Assembly (NCBI GenBank): GCA_012295275.1
Contig: CM022671.1
Coordinates: forward strand, 12,152,001 to 12,216,000
Direction: 5' to 3'
From: Chrysomallon squamiferum
Lineage: Eukaryota; Animalia; Mollusca
Length of the DNA: 64,000 nucleotides
Below the pieces are notes generated by a model. The model saw only the letters and a list, made by a program, of their open reading frames with translations, ran no database searches and was not told where the DNA came from. Made by a program: the position numbers and the translations under genes. Shown piece after piece: positions 43,892 through 58,898 of this stretch (positions are counted from its first letter, which is position 1; every line of letters begins with the position of its first letter).

Positions 43892-44566
43892 ATTATAAAT
43901 ATCGATGGAAGTAACAGGCATAAACATCAAGTCACTATTAAATTACAGTTAAATTAAATAATAAGACAAATTAACAAAGGTAATTTTTATATTGATGGAT
44001 GTTCAGGTTTAATATATATCAGATTCTATTCGTTCGTTTTTCTTTTTAATAAAATTGATTTCGTTTTCAATGTAATATATATTACCAGATGGCACTCACG
44101 TCCGTTTCAAAAATTCTAGATTCAGTTTATGCGTGTGCGGAGGTATTTATAATTCTTTTATGAACACAAACAGAATTTTACTTTATGGATAAAATCTGGT
44201 TATAAATAATTTCTTCTAGAAATGGTTCGGACTGGCATCGTCTGAGAAGTGCTGTACAAAAACTTATGCTAAGACCGAAAGAGGTAACAGAATATTTACC
44301 TATGATGGAAGCAATAGCAGACGACTTCATGGCGAAACTGTGCAGAAAACTTACCAGGGACGGCAAAATAGAAGACTTTTACAATGAAGTAGCCAAATGG
44401 AATCTTGAATGTTTGTTTGTCCTAGTTACTTGATTTATGTATTAGTTCGTTACTTTGTAGTAACGAAAACATTTAGTATGCATTAAAAATAGTAATAATA
44501 ATTAAGAAAAAAGTAACAAATAATAATAATAATAACAATAATAACAACAACAACAACAACAAGAAC

Positions 44567-44597
<31 letters not shown>

Positions 44598-45807
44598 TTA
44601 ATGCTAACATAAAATAAGTATAATGTAATAGAATCTGTATATGAGAGTGTTTCAGTGCTTACAACTGTTCTTTTAATTCTTCCTTCCTATTATTATTCTT
44701 TTACCTTTGACTGCTTCTTTCGATTCTTCTTTATTTTCTCTTTGTCTGTATATCATATATTATTAAATTAAACATTTTATGCAGCATCTGGAATGATCTG
44801 TTTTGAGTCACGTATAGGAGGTTTGGACGAGCAAACTGACAGCGAAAGTCAAATGATCATTGATGCTAACAGTGACATCTTCAGCTTGGGCACAAAACTG
44901 AAATTTTCCTATCCATGGCAAAGGAATGGGTCCAAAACTTGGCAGAAACACATGGACGCCGAAGAACGCTTTTTTGGGTTCGTTACAAATAAAATTCAGT
45001 GTGTCTTCATAATAATGCCATTAAAAAAACGAGTCTTTCTCGAATCTATTATTTATTTCTTAAAAATAAGAACATTCTCACTTGAAGATACCTGCAAATG
45101 AACTAGATTTTGCATTAACAGAAGTCGAGATAAGATTAAATATAGAGGTCGGTTTATTATCTAACCAGGGGTTCTTAATCTTATTGCTTTTTAAATACCA
45201 TTTTCAAATAATTTCAAATAATGCTGGTGACCTCTAAGTTAAATACAGAAGCACTATGAATTTGAAGTGACGCTGTGATGCCATGCTTCTCGAAGGTGCT
45301 CATCGTTAGATCCTAACGGCGGCGTAAAATGGCGCGAACAACAACATGATGACTGCGTTAACAGAAGTGTCGTTACGATGTCGTAATTGAGTGAATCGCT
45401 GTGTCAGTATTTACTTTGCAATACATGTTTCGAGCAGTGCCTGACCCATAAATCATGTGTTTTAATGTCTAATTGGTGAACAGATCTATTTATTCACATG
45501 TTTTGTTGAATACATTATATTTTATTACAACTAATGCACATGATATGTTTTGTCTGAATATGACCAACAACAAATGTGAATAGACAAATCTTTAATAAAG
45601 GACGTTGTTAACAACAGGATTAGACCTGTTGCTAATATAACGATTTTGTAGGCCAACGACATTCATAAAACACATTGGAAATCATGAATATTATTTCACC
45701 GATACGTTACCGTTATCGTTATACATAACGATGACTAGGAATATGGTCCAACCTTGAGAATCACCGATTTCGATGCTTCACAAATTATCCTCATTCTACC
45801 AATGATA

Positions 45808-45867
<60 letters not shown>

Positions 45868-46974
45868 AAGAAAGAGAATGCAATGAACTGGTGTGACTCG
45901 TTTCGTAGTTAGAGCGCTCCATTAAGGTTGATGTTCCTCTACTTAAAGAGTTCCATACAAATATGTACATTGTCCTATTCGTATATTTAATTATAGAGAC
46001 AGTTTTTTCGTAAATGTAAACTTAGAGAACTGTTACATTATTAAATATCATCTTGAGTGAATTTTTAAAATATGTATTTTGTTTTGCTCAGGAAAGGTCA
46101 GGAATATGTGGACAACACTGTAAGAAATATTGACACGTTACTGTCGTCAGGTCAGCTGAGTGATAATCAGTACAAACTGATGGCTTACCTCCTTTCCAAA
46201 AAAGAACTGAATTTCAGTGACATAAGCATCCTTACTCTTTCCTTCTTTGGTGACGGGCTTACATCGGTGAGTGCTTAGGCAGGACTGGGTTACTAAGGAT
46301 ATAAATATTTAGCAAATCATTTTATAACCGGACTGGATGAATAAACACGTGAATTAATCATATAAATTCCCAGGTTGTAGTTTATTTTGTTTCTGGAGAT
46401 GAGTTTCCGATAACAATAAAGTATAGTTTTAAAATAACAAGCTCGTACGGATGCTTTAAGGCAGACGTTGCTTTTTGCAGGTGTCCATCTCGGCCATAGA
46501 AGAAATATCTAAAAGACTGAGCAGCTAGTATTAATGGCAACCATTTGAGAAATAAACAGTCGCTAATGTATTTGTTCTTTTTAATTTGAACTACATAATT
46601 TTGTTATTTAGCATCATCATCACTCATTGTTATTATTATTATTATTAGTCTGTGTATTTATATATGTGTGTGTGTGTGTTTGTAGGTATATGTATGTGTG
46701 TTATATATATATATATATATATAAATATTCAGTTGACTCAATTTAGATTGTACCATCTATGATAAATAATCTGTACAACCTGGCTACAAATCCTGAAACT
46801 CAGAAAATACTGTTTGAAGAGATCAACTCATCTCTACCCAAAGAAGGTGGCCGCATGACGCCACAAACACTGACCAAACTTAAGTATCTGAGAGCGTGCA
46901 TAAAGGAAACATTTCGGTAATAATATCCACTTTTTGAGAAAAAAAATTAAAAATTAAAATATTAACTGTGTTCG

Positions 46975-47067
<93 letters not shown>

Positions 47068-47796
47068 TCGATATTAACGTTTCAGGAGAAATAATGTTTT
47101 TACTTATGATATGAAATAGGATGGCACTGTTACATCTCCACTAGCAATTTTAAGAATTTTGTTATAATTATGTAATAAGAGACCAAAACACTGAGAAACT
47201 AGAAGAGATACAGAGAATAAGTATCACAATTAAGGATTGGCAATTATAGAAGAAAAAAAAAAAAAAAAATAAATATATAAAAAAAAAAAAAAAATGTATT
47301 ATATTAATAGTAAGATATGTGGAGTTCGGTAATAAGAATAAATAATGTTTAGCTTTGGGTGTGTATGTATATGTGTAAGTATATTGGGTTTTGTGTAAAT
47401 GGGTGTGTATTTATAATGGGTTTTTTGTGTGTTTGTTTTTCTAAGCCTTTTCCCTGTTCAAGTGGATATTGCCAGAATAACGACCCAAGACACCATCATT
47501 GACGGCTATGTTATACCCTCTGGGGTACGTTAAATGTTTGTTTTTTTTTCCATTCAGATTTCTTGTCAGCCGATTTTTAAGCATTTTGTTTCTATTTAAA
47601 GAAATTGTTTAAATCTTGAATATATTCTTCCCCGCTGTTTTAGTATTCTCCCGTGTTAAACTGTTTATCGTTTATATAATAAAATTATGATCTGTTTTGT
47701 TGTAAATAACTTATCCATTTATCTGTAATAATAATAATGAAGAAGAAGAAGAAGAAGAAGAAGAAGAAAAAGAAGAAGAAGAAGAAGAAGAAGAAG

Positions 47797-47827
<31 letters not shown>

Positions 47828-48041
47828 GCAATAATAATAACTCTTCATTTTATATTTAATACAGACTCGGGTGGAACTGCATAATTTTGTTAACCTGAGA
47901 AACCCGGACATTTTTCCAGAGCCAGACAAATTCAAGCCTGAACGATGGCTAAAAGGAGGATCTGCAGAAAATGTTCATTCCTTCATTGTTTTGCCTTTCT
48001 CACATGGGCCTCGAATGTGCATAGGTATGCTGACAATATTC

Positions 48042-48136
<95 letters not shown>

Positions 48137-48400
48137 ATATTTATAAAATGAAGGAAATTATTAAAATCAAACGTACACAAAAAAAATAATAATAAATAAA
48201 ATAACCATCGGTGATTTTTACCTTTTGTGTATATTGATCTTCCAGGAAGACGGTTTGCTGAACAAGACATGCAAATCTTGCTGAGCAAATTGCTTCAAAA
48301 GTTTGAAGTGGAATGGAACGGTGGTGAAATGGGTCAGCGATACAGGATACTAATGACTCCCGACTGCCCAATAGACTTTACTTTTAAATTTAGAGAATAA
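40886..48400 (+). CDS. Mitochondrial-clan cytochrome P450, CYP44-like (515 aa, 9 exons)
   Basis: Exons 40886-41081, 43047-43275, 44220-44410, 44785-44977, 46092-46266, 46747-46916, 47446-47524, 47865-48024, 48246-48400 (1548 nt). Basic leader then FSEIPGP; C-helix WHRLR; I-helix [10 protein letters not shown]; K-helix KETFR; PERW; heme motif [15 protein letters not shown]. Confidence 0.93.
41323..41420. repeat. (TATAT)n pentanucleotide repeat
   Basis: Read directly. Confidence 0.9.
41672..42440 (-). mobile_element. Tigger/pogo (Tc1-mariner superfamily) non-autonomous relic in CYP intron 1
   Basis: Terminus CAGTGGTACCTTGACTTACGAG at 41672 and internal GCTCGTA repeats. Broken transposase N-terminus on the - strand from 42158 ([32 protein letters not shown]..., then frameshifted [33 protein letters not shown]), resembling the CENP-B-type HTH. 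The right TIR is not found and is interrupted by a microsatellite. Confidence 0.85.
45166..45766. mobile_element. Possible degenerate hAT-Charlie-like MITE in CYP intron 4
   Basis: Left end CAGGGGTTCTTAA and right end TTGAGAATCACCG form an imperfect inverted repeat (9/13 match). CpG-rich interior. No clear target-site duplication. Confidence 0.35.
46978..47064. repeat. (AG)n microsatellite
   Basis: Read directly. Confidence 0.95.
47726..47840. repeat. Compound trinucleotide repeat (TAA)(GAA)n(CAA)n(TAA)
   Basis: Read directly. Confidence 0.9.
48044..48133. repeat. (CT)n microsatellite
   Basis: Read directly. Confidence 0.95.
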
Positions 48401-51057
48401 TACGTTGATCCTAAAATCAGGTTAATTAGAGACAGACAGAATTCAACAATCGAACAGCTAAATCAGTAATATTAAGAAACTTATAATTTAATAAGGAGCA
48501 CCTGAGTATCGATTATATATATATATAGGCAAACAAACTAATAAACAGTCAAATAAACAAATAAACACAAAAACAAATAAATAAACAAACAAACAGATAA
48601 AACAAAACCAAAAATAAACAAATAAATAAATAAATATGAAACTACTAAACAACTGAAAATAACATATCTATTACTAAAATGTAAATCGTTTGTTAGACCA
48701 TATCGAAAAATATTCTTTGACGTTATTTACTATAAATTATCGGAAATGTTAATATTCTAACCTGTCACTGATTTTTTTCTTCTTCTTTTATTCTAAAAGT
48801 AAATGTCCTGTGGTGATTTCAGAAAATAATTTTATTTATTTAAATAATATATATTTAAATTTGTGGAAAAGTAATATATGATTATATTAACATGTGTGTA
48901 TGTATCTACGCATGCGTAAATGTGTATGGAGGGGTATATGTATGAATAATATATATGCAGAAATAATCATAACTAACGTTTTTGCTTATCTGAATTTTTG
49001 AATAACATTTCTGAATTAATTTGATTTCATTTATATGCAAATACTATTATAATTATATTATTATTTTAATTCCTGTATAAATTATTTTATTTTTAATTAC
49101 GGTGTAATTGTTTCTTGCTACTTATTACTGCAATTACTGTTTCGCTATTTGTTTGAATGATATTTTATTTTATATTTCCTTACTAACATGATTGTCTCAC
49201 AACTATGTTTTTTTTTTTTTGGTGTAGTGCCTGCTGGTTTGGGGTGAAATAAGCAGACTACGACAGTAATCACTTTGATACTGCAGCACATATACTAATG
49301 TTATTTGTTTTGAAATAAAATAATTATATTGGATAATTCTGTTAACAGCTGTTATATAAACAAATTATATTGTTATTTTACCAATAAATTATTTGTTGTT
49401 ATCATCGTATTAAGTCAATTCGTTATTATTTTTTTAGAATAATTAACGTTTCTTTAAAACTGATCAATGCTGTAAAAACAGACAAGTATTCCTGTCATGG
49501 CATGAAACGTTTGCCAAAGAGTTTTGATTCCACAGTCTGCTGAATTCTTTTTTTTATTTTTATTACTTATTTGTTTATTTATTCAAGATGGATGATTTAT
49601 ATAAATATAAACCAGAAAGTCTCAAAAAAAAAAAAAAAAAAAAAAAAGATTACGATAGAACATTTCGGAAAACAAAAACAAAAATGGAAAAACATCATGC
49701 AAGCACACAACTTTGCGTCACCATTCTCAAACACAAATCTGCACGTGTCCCTACATCTGTTTGAATTTATAATACTAATGCTTTTTGTGGGTTTTTGTTG
49801 TCGTTTGTTTTTTTGTTTTTTTCAAATCACCTTATGGTGGATCACTGTGGAATAAAAACCTATTGTTTTATTTCCATTTTATTTAAATTAGGTAAAACAA
49901 GAGTACATACGTCGAATGAGTACACTCATAACGATTAACTGAATTACTACTGAAAATCGAATCGCTGTTTAATGATACCAAGTGTTTAAGGTGCTTTCAA
50001 TATTTGAAATTGTTTTTTTTTTTTTGTTTTTTTTTAGAAAAGATGGTGAAAGGCTATCTTAACACAGCACTATTAGAAAGACGTCTCAGATATCAGTCTA
50101 TATAAATACATAATATGTATGATGGACCGAACGTATCATACACTTTTTTTTTCCTTTCTTAAAAGCAATTATCAATAATGTCACCTTCACTTTAAGCCAG
50201 AGTTTGTTTCTTTATGTCCAGAGAAAATTTCAAACATAATAACTGTAAATAGCAAACTAAGTGTCAACCCATTAACAGTCAGATATATATATATATATAT
50301 GACCGGAGTTTTCATGATAAGCTTTTTGTTTAAGCAAAATGGAATTAAACAGTCTTTGCTCTTTGCTCAGTCATCTATAATATAATTGAAAGAAATAAAT
50401 AAAATAGATTATAAATATGGAGGGAAGTGAGTTTCCCAATATTTAGACAGTTCCTCTAACAGAGGGCTATTTTGTTGTGACAGTGAAAACCTACGGTCTA
50501 GATTCTAGAACATATTGTGATGACAGTAAGAATAAATAAGGTATGCTACCGATATAATTTAAAAGCATTATAATGCAGCTTATACGACGCATATGCAAAA
50601 GACATATTTCGCTTACACGACGACAATGACATGCAGTATCAATAGTAGGAATGTAATTAGGATGCTTGCACACATCATCTAACTGTGCAGTTCTTTCATT
50701 ATAATATATTCTGAATATTCACAGTAAATATGGTTGACGGGGGCAAAATCATCACTTGAATGGTTTGAACCTTCACTCTCTCTAACAAAAACATTCACAG
50801 CTTCGGCTATAATGATTTACAATGCTATTTCTATTAAAAGGTGGGGCTATCAACATCGTGTATGGGTTGGTTTATCTCGACTCTCAATCAATTAAATATT
50901 CGTACGTAACTTCGGCTACGGGATATGCAGTACCTATCTGAGTTAAAATAAAATATTAAATTATATATATGTAATAATAAATTAAAATTATTTGAAGTTA
51001 ATTTTGTAGCTACGTTTTAGCCAAAATTAATTTAACATACGAAGATATCTGCTAATA

Positions 51058-51270
51058 TCTGATCACGTGATCTATGGTGGCTAGCAAATGTCGGGACAAT
51101 ATCTAGATTTCGTAATCGAGATCTTTTATTATAGCAAATATTATTAGTTCAGCATGTTTTAAGTCTGATATTAAATTTTATGCAAACAGTGAGTAAAATG
51201 ATCGCGACTTCAGCTTCAGTTTTGAGGATAAAATAAGTTTGACATTTGTTATATATTCCAAGATGGCGTC
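51058..51270 (+). promoter_or_regulatory. CTTNBP2 promoter motifs: palindromic E-box GATCACGTGATC (51061-51072) and YY1-like CAAGATGGCG overlapping the ATG
   Basis: Both motifs are read directly, in a locally CpG-retaining region upstream of a CpG-depleted gene body. Function is not shown. Confidence 0.45.
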
Positions 51271-54200
51271 ACGAAACGTCAATCTTCCTCCAGGTGCTGG
51301 TTCCTTTGATCCAGCCGATAAACTCCAGTCAAATACTTTGAAGGTATATTCGTTTTAAATTAAACAATTTTTATAGGCTGTTTGTCTTCTATCAGTTCTG
51401 TAAAGATCAGTCTCAGATTTATAGATTGTACTGCAAAATTCGGACACTATGGAGTACGGTATAGTACAAAGTACTAGTTGCTAGTACTGTAGTAGTCGAT
51501 GTGGGGCTAGGCCTATTTTACAATTTTTAAGTATGATCATTATATTTACTTTGCCATTCCAGAATTTTCTGACAATCAGCATGTCAGTGCACATTAGTAA
51601 TATTTCTATCATAAATAATAAATATCACTTTTAAATGCTTTTGTACACATACGTATCCACACGTACAAAGACGCTCGAATCATTCTCAAACACGAAAGAG
51701 TTGTGAATTTTCAACGATTTAATTTTTGAACATGTGATTGGTCTAGTGCAAATAAATATTGGCTTAGCAGAGGTTTATAATAAAACATTCTAATACATAT
51801 TTGCAACATATTTAACAAAAAATATATTAATGTCAGAGACAATAGCTGAATAGGCATTTGAAAATCAAGATAATTGTGTACAAGAGCACAAAATAATATA
51901 AATAAATAAATAAGAATAAAAAAAAATCATAATTTTGGAATTATTTGACTGACAATATTATATTTTATATCTTTGTAATAAGGATAAAAAATACCTACAG
52001 TTGTATTTAATTTACAGTACAGAAAAAATCACTTTGGAGTATCTACTAAGTATAAGTACTGTTAGTATTAGGCATAAATCATTATTTCTTCTTTTTTTAT
52101 GTTATTAAAAAAATTATTTTGTGATCTTCGTTCAACAGAAATTCTGTTTATGATTTAGAATAGTAAAACTGTTAAATCATGTAATTTTGGGGCACTTGTT
52201 TACATATGAAACCACAATAAAGAAGCAAAAATGCATTTCATTGGCTATTTTAATTATTGTTGCATCTAGAATAATTGCTTTTTACTAATCATGAAATTAA
52301 ATTTTCTTTTGAAAATATGATAAATAGCATTATGGAAGTTAAAAGTTGTTAGCATATTGTTTTAATTTTGACAGTTATTATGAAAAGAGTCTGTAAGGTA
52401 TCAAATCATAAATTGTATTTATGGGTGTTTTGTGTATTTGAGAATTATTAACAGATTGTCAATATTTATTTGCAAAATCCTGATTTCAAGTTAAAATTTT
52501 GATTTGCAGTTACTATTTTTATATAAAACATTTTGAGAATATTAATTTTCTAAGAAAGCGTAGCACCAAATAAGTCTTTTTAATACATTTTGACATTAAA
52601 AGAAGGATGAAAAAATTGTTATTAGTCCACCATTAATGGTTTACACAACATTATTTTTTTTGAACTTAGCATAATTCAACAATTTATTTTACTTTGCATA
52701 ATTCAGAATATTTTTTTTTTATTAGCTATGTGTAATATTTTTGCTTACAGTATTACAGTACTTAATAATATATGTATGTTACAATGAATATTAAATTGAA
52801 CTGTTTGTTGTCATTATCTATATATTGAAAAAAAAAATCATTTAAATTATGATTCCTGTATATCACTGCACATACATATATTTATAATTTATATATTTTT
52901 TATATTTCAGCGGCAGCCAAACCCAGATTGGAGTAAATCAGATTTACTACGGCTTCTAGGTTACTTGGAAGGTGAACTGCAAGGCAGAGATATCACCATA
53001 GCAACACTAAGGGTAATATGTTTTTTTTGCATTTAATATATACAGTATTATTATTTTATAAATTTAAATTACAGTAGTGATCTTCTTTTCAATTGTAGCA
53101 GATTATTTAGTTAATTGTCAAATAATCATGTTTTTTTTTAGAAAATATTAACTCAGAGGGAAGCTGCTCAATTTGTGTCTAACCACAGTCATTTGCACTA
53201 TTACAATTGATAAATTTTAGTGATAAAAAAAAGTAATTATATGAAACACTAATGTTATTAGTTTTTAAAAGCATGCTATTTGTCTTGGATATCAGGCTGT
53301 TAGTGATTTTAAATATAATTATTGATAAATAATTTGTATCAAGACAAGTTAATAACAAATGCATTAATTTGATTAAATCAAAAATTATTAATTTTCTAAA
53401 CTACTTTCTTTTGAAAAACATTTCAGGCAGAAAAAGCCAAAAATTTATTATTTCAAGCAAAATATGGCCGCTTTGGTTTGGGTGATCCCTTTATTGCACT
53501 ACAGAGGGATTCAGATAATATGAAAGATACAAGCTTTGATGAACCAGCCATAAAATCTATGTATGACAACCAACTCGCACAGCTTGAAAATCTGATTGCC
53601 ACCCAGAGAAAAGCTCAACTAAAGATGCGTGAACAGCTGGTCTCAGCAGAAAAAAGATACCATAAGGTGGCTGACAATTTTATAATCATATTAATCAAAG
53701 ACTGTTATGTCACTGTTAAAACACTGGCTCTCTATTTCAAGATGATATATTTTTATGTGTATTTTTGTGTGTGTGTTTGCATATGTAAATTTCTTACTAT
53801 TATATATTATGTCATTAAATTCAGTCTTATATATCTAAGCACATTAAATGCAGTTCAAACTATTTGAGAACAGCATGCATTCTGTTTGATGTTGTTTAGA
53901 ATTGTTTGTTTTGACAAACATAATAATTATTTATTTATAATTTAAAAAATAACAAATAGAAAACCTTTTTTGTTAAATTATTTTCTTATATCTGTTAGCA
54001 GGCTGAATTTGGTTTCATTGAGTAAAATGTGTAAGAAAAATGGTGTATTTATTTCAGTATTACTCCATGTTGAAAAATCTTATTCTCTGAGTTCACTGTT
54101 TGTTTCAGTAAGATATTATTTGTTAAAAACTATAATTTTCACCACTCTTTGTTTAGGTTATTTCTGAACTAGAGGATGAGAAACGCAAACATGCACAAGA

Positions 54201-57200
54201 CACTGCACAAGGTGATGATGTTACTTACATGTTGGAAAAGGAACGTGAAAGATTGAAACAGGAGGTTTGTGTATCTGACATCTTAATAAAAATTCCAGAT
54301 ACTTAATATTTTATTTCAATATTTTTTTTAAATCAGTGCAAATAAAACTGAAACCAAGCAGTAACATAAAATAATAACTGGTTTTATTGCAATCATGGGG
54401 TTGGAAGTTATTATTATAATACTGTTACATATCAGTAAATACAGGATTGCTTATAATTACTGATCAGTTCTATATCTGTCACATATTATTTTGAAGTCTT
54501 AATTTGTGATATTGTTATAATTCTAGTATTTTATTTTAATTATTTTTAAATATAACTAACTTTGTTAATTAAATTTTATACATTTCCATTTCAGATTGAT
54601 TTTGAGAAGGCACAGGTAAAACGAATGGAGAAAGATTTAAAAAAGACTTTGGCTAGTTTAGAGGAGGAACGAGCAAATTCATTAAAACATAAAAAAGTAG
54701 CACTTATGTTGATCAAGGAACGTAAAAAGTTAATGGAACGAATGCTTCATGAGAAAAACAAAAGTGTTCAAATTGAGCAGATTCTTGATGAAGAAAAAGA
54801 CAAGATGATTAACATGGCAGAAGGTCTGGTTCAAGAGAGCAAAAAGTCCTTGAAAATGGAGGCTGCCATGGAAAAACAGCTTAGTGAATTTGACATTGAG
54901 AGAGAACAGCTGAAAAGTAAATTGTCTCGGGAAGAACAGAGAAACAAAGAACTACAGAGTCAGGTGAACTCTCTAACACAACACATAGAAGATTTACAGA
55001 AACATCTTCATGCTGTAGAGAAATCTGTTCCTCACAGTTCCTTGCAGAGTATTGAAATCAAATCTAGTACATCTTCTGCACGAGGCCAATCAGCCAGTAC
55101 TGGTCACAGTACTTCAGCAACAAAAGTCTCTCCAAAGTCAATCAAAGGAGTAGAATGTCAGAATACAGGCTCACCTGAAAGAGACACTAGTTACAGATCA
55201 ACAGAAGCTTTGCTGAAAAAACCTATTAGTTACAGTAGTCCATCGTCACCTACATCTTTCGACAGAATTGACTCAAAACAGGATCAGCGTATTGCCCCTG
55301 TTGGTACCTCATATGTTGAAAGATCTCCTGATGGGAGTCCTACACACAGGTTACACATTGTCCAAGGTTCCAGTGCTACAGTTGTTACACCAGGTGTTGG
55401 AAAGATCTCTTTTCATGTTGGACAAAGTACTGGTGGAGGTTCACCTCGCAAAATTGCACCAGTTGGTCGAGGAGTACCACCCCCATTGCCTCCTAATAAA
55501 CCTGTTCTTAATCCAGCAACAACAGGACCAAAACCCATTCTCCCACCTAAAGTGGCGGTTGCTCCCACAAAAGACCATGTTAGTGTTTCAGGACATGAAG
55601 CTGGGGACCAGCATAGTAGGCCTGTTAATTCTGTTAAGTCTGTACAGATACCTGTCAATGTAGTAGGTGGACAATCCGTCACATCAGGCAGTCGGTCCTC
55701 ATCACGAGACACTTCACCCATGAGGAAAACTGCACAGGTTTGTGTTAATGCAAAATGAAGGGAGGCTCTGGCATGGCCAGTTTTGTTGCAATATACATTC
55801 ATATGTATATAATCTTACATAAACACCTGTCTATACTATATACCCAATTAATGTGCAATGTTTACCTCTTATCTCTTTCTCTTTTTTTTTTTCATTAGCC
55901 TGAAATAAATGTTTTGCAATAAAGGCAACCTTGTGTGAAATCCTTTACAGAGTTGTGGGTTTATAACACTGATATGTTGTTCTGTTTCTGCCTTCCTCTC
56001 CCTTCATTTTAGAATCTGGTGAAGGGGTTTTATAAAAAATGTAGGCTTTATATTAAGAGTATTCATTCTTCTGTACAAACCTTATTATTGCAAATATATT
56101 TCTAATTCCAGAAATATTTTTACAATGCAAATTGGACAAAAATTAATTTGAATAAATGCTAAACCTTCTATATTTTAATTTTTTTATATTTAAATTTATA
56201 GCTTAATATCTGCAAGGTATTTCAGTGGAAGCTGCAGAATAAAATTATGTTGAAATTATGTAACATAAGAAAATAATGTTAGTCTTAAATGTTAGCCATT
56301 TGCTTTCCTTCAAATTGTCTTCTAAAAGTTTTAGTATTTTTAAATTTCAGTCAATTTTGGGAGGTGGTTTCAAAAACTTCTAAATGGGATGTAAAAATTT
56401 CTATTTTGTTTTTTTATTACTGAAGTACCTGACTTGGCCAAACTGTTTGTGTTGTTACTTCACTTTTTTTTTGTGACTTCTATGTCTTGTTCTAGCCATG
56501 TTTCTTTCCTTTGTTTGCTTGTACTGTGTTCTTGTGAAATGTAATTCTTAAGTGTTCATGTACTTATTTACTCACTGCAATTAAGTGCTATTAAAACTAT
56601 TGTTACTAAATGATGTAATTAATTTTCATTTAAGATTTATTAACCTAATTTGAAATAATTATTTTAATCCCATGTTTTGTTTTATTTATTTATTATAAAA
56701 ATGAAATGTGATTTGAAATAGTGTTAAACAAGTTAAAGTTAACAATTTCCTTTAGTCATTTTAATGATTGCATGCCTCAGTCAATTTTATTTGCATAAGC
56801 AGTATAAAAACTAGAAATCTACTTAAAGTAGTGATAATAATTTTGACTTTCCAACTTGACTTCTGAATGTACTTTTGATATTAAAATGAAGTATGCAGTT
56901 GTGTAATGATAATGTCAGGAGTTAAATTATTGTGTCAGGATGAGACTGTGTACAGAAGGCGAGGCTCCAAAATCTTTTCTGTTAGAAGTCTGGCAGAGAA
57001 GTTTGAGCAAGCATCAAACTGTGAAGGTTATTCCACAATGTGTCGGGCTCAGTGCAGTCAGGTCAGCATACTCTGAGTGGAGGATGTCAAATCTGTTTTA
57101 AAGTGTGGTTTTGCAGTGTGTAATGGAGATCTTGTCTATGCTATATATGTTGGGTGTTTAAGAGTCAAAAAAAAGTATTTGTCATTTTTATCTACCTGAT

Positions 57201-58839
57201 AGTATTTGTTGATTTTTTTTTATTAGTTTAGTTTTTACATTTGTGTTTGTTCCCTCACAGTTTAAAACCAAATGAACAACAGTTTTTTGTTTTGTATGAT
57301 CTTTCAAAGACCTATTGATTTGGCATCAGGAATGCATTTTATTTTTTTTAATTTTTAATTAAAACAGGATTTATTCACAGCATCATTAGTAATTTTGTTT
57401 AAAGTTAGTTACGTCTAAAAGAAACATATTGTTTGTGTTGGAAAATGATACCAGTGTTACATGTATGATGTGCTTAGTTTGAAACACAATAAGAAATGTA
57501 ATTCTTCAGCTTGCCCATCTGTTACATCCTTATATGAAACATTTTGTCATGTGGCTTTTAGATTATTGCTTGAGAATTGAAAGTTTTGATTTGTTGTAGT
57601 TGGGTGGTTTTTTTTTGGTAATGATGGTCTCACTACTAAATGCCACAGAACAGAACATCCTTCAAGAAAAAAACCCTGTTTTAATGATTTAAAGTTTGAG
57701 CATTTATCTACATTGCCATAATTTATTTTAAAAGTATATTAGTCAAGTTGGGAAGTTATTTAGAATTTTAATGAAGATTTATTGTAAGTAATGAAATGCA
57801 AAACACTGAATGTATGGCTATTAATTTAGTTAGTAATTTAATGAATACATTTACTGTAGTGAAAAGAATATATATATTGAAATAAATTTGTAATTGAATC
57901 TGAACACTTAATATATTTCATTTATGCAAAAGTAGTAAATTATATTGATTATTTTTATATTAAATAAAGCATAATTGTTACTTAAAATAATTCAGTTGGT
58001 AATTATACAGTCACGAAGCTTTTGTTTTGTGTATTAGTTACTTTCATGTTGTAATTCTTTATTTTATTTTTATTGTTGTTACACTACATCCCATATCTGC
58101 TGTAAGAAATATTTAATTAAATATTGTATTAAATATCAAGTTTAAAAATGTCAGGTGGAACAAATTTTTTATTTTTTAAATTTTGTTTTAACCATAATAC
58201 ATTGAACTCCAAAACCTTGTATTTTAAAAAAAAATTTAACATTCTATAAATTTACATGAATACATGGATATTGTTCATTATTGATAAAAAAATACCTGCT
58301 TGGAGCATGTGGAACATTCTCATTGTTACATTCTCTTTTAGTGGATCCTGTACATCCAATCTTTCTTTTTACTTTGTTTATGGAAGAAGATGTATCCCAT
58401 TTTTTTCTGGGATATTCCTTTATGGCTTTCAGATATGCTAACCTTTCTGACTAAAACAAGTTGCAATTAAGTCCTTATCTCACTAAGACTACCATCTTGG
58501 ATGTGTAGTGATGAAAACACAGACTAAAATGGCTAAAATCATTCCCAGACAACTTGATTGACAGGTGACACTGTAGGGAATTTGGTGACATGATGCTGGG
58601 AAGTTTTCATTTTGGTCTTACGTAAAAACTACTGGAAACCGGCCAGTAATAGACAATATCCATGTATTTATTTAATCATGTAAAAACATGATTTTTGAAA
58701 TATGAAGTGTTAAAGTTCTTGAGGAAGGGTTGACCCATCCAGTATTTTAAAATAAAATATGGGATTTTGTGGGGTTTTTATGTTAGATATCTTGTATGGG
58801 TTTTTTATTAATATGCAAGGAAAGAATAGTTCTTTAAGG

Positions 58840-58898
<59 letters not shown>

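Noticed and set aside
43385-43957. 190-aa hydrophobic ORF
   Set aside because: Low-complexity TTTA/ATT intron sequence inside the CYP gene.
55268-55802. Alternative-frame and antisense ORFs of ~130 aa
   Set aside because: Shadows of the GC-richer CTTNBP2 exon 5, with no independent motifs.
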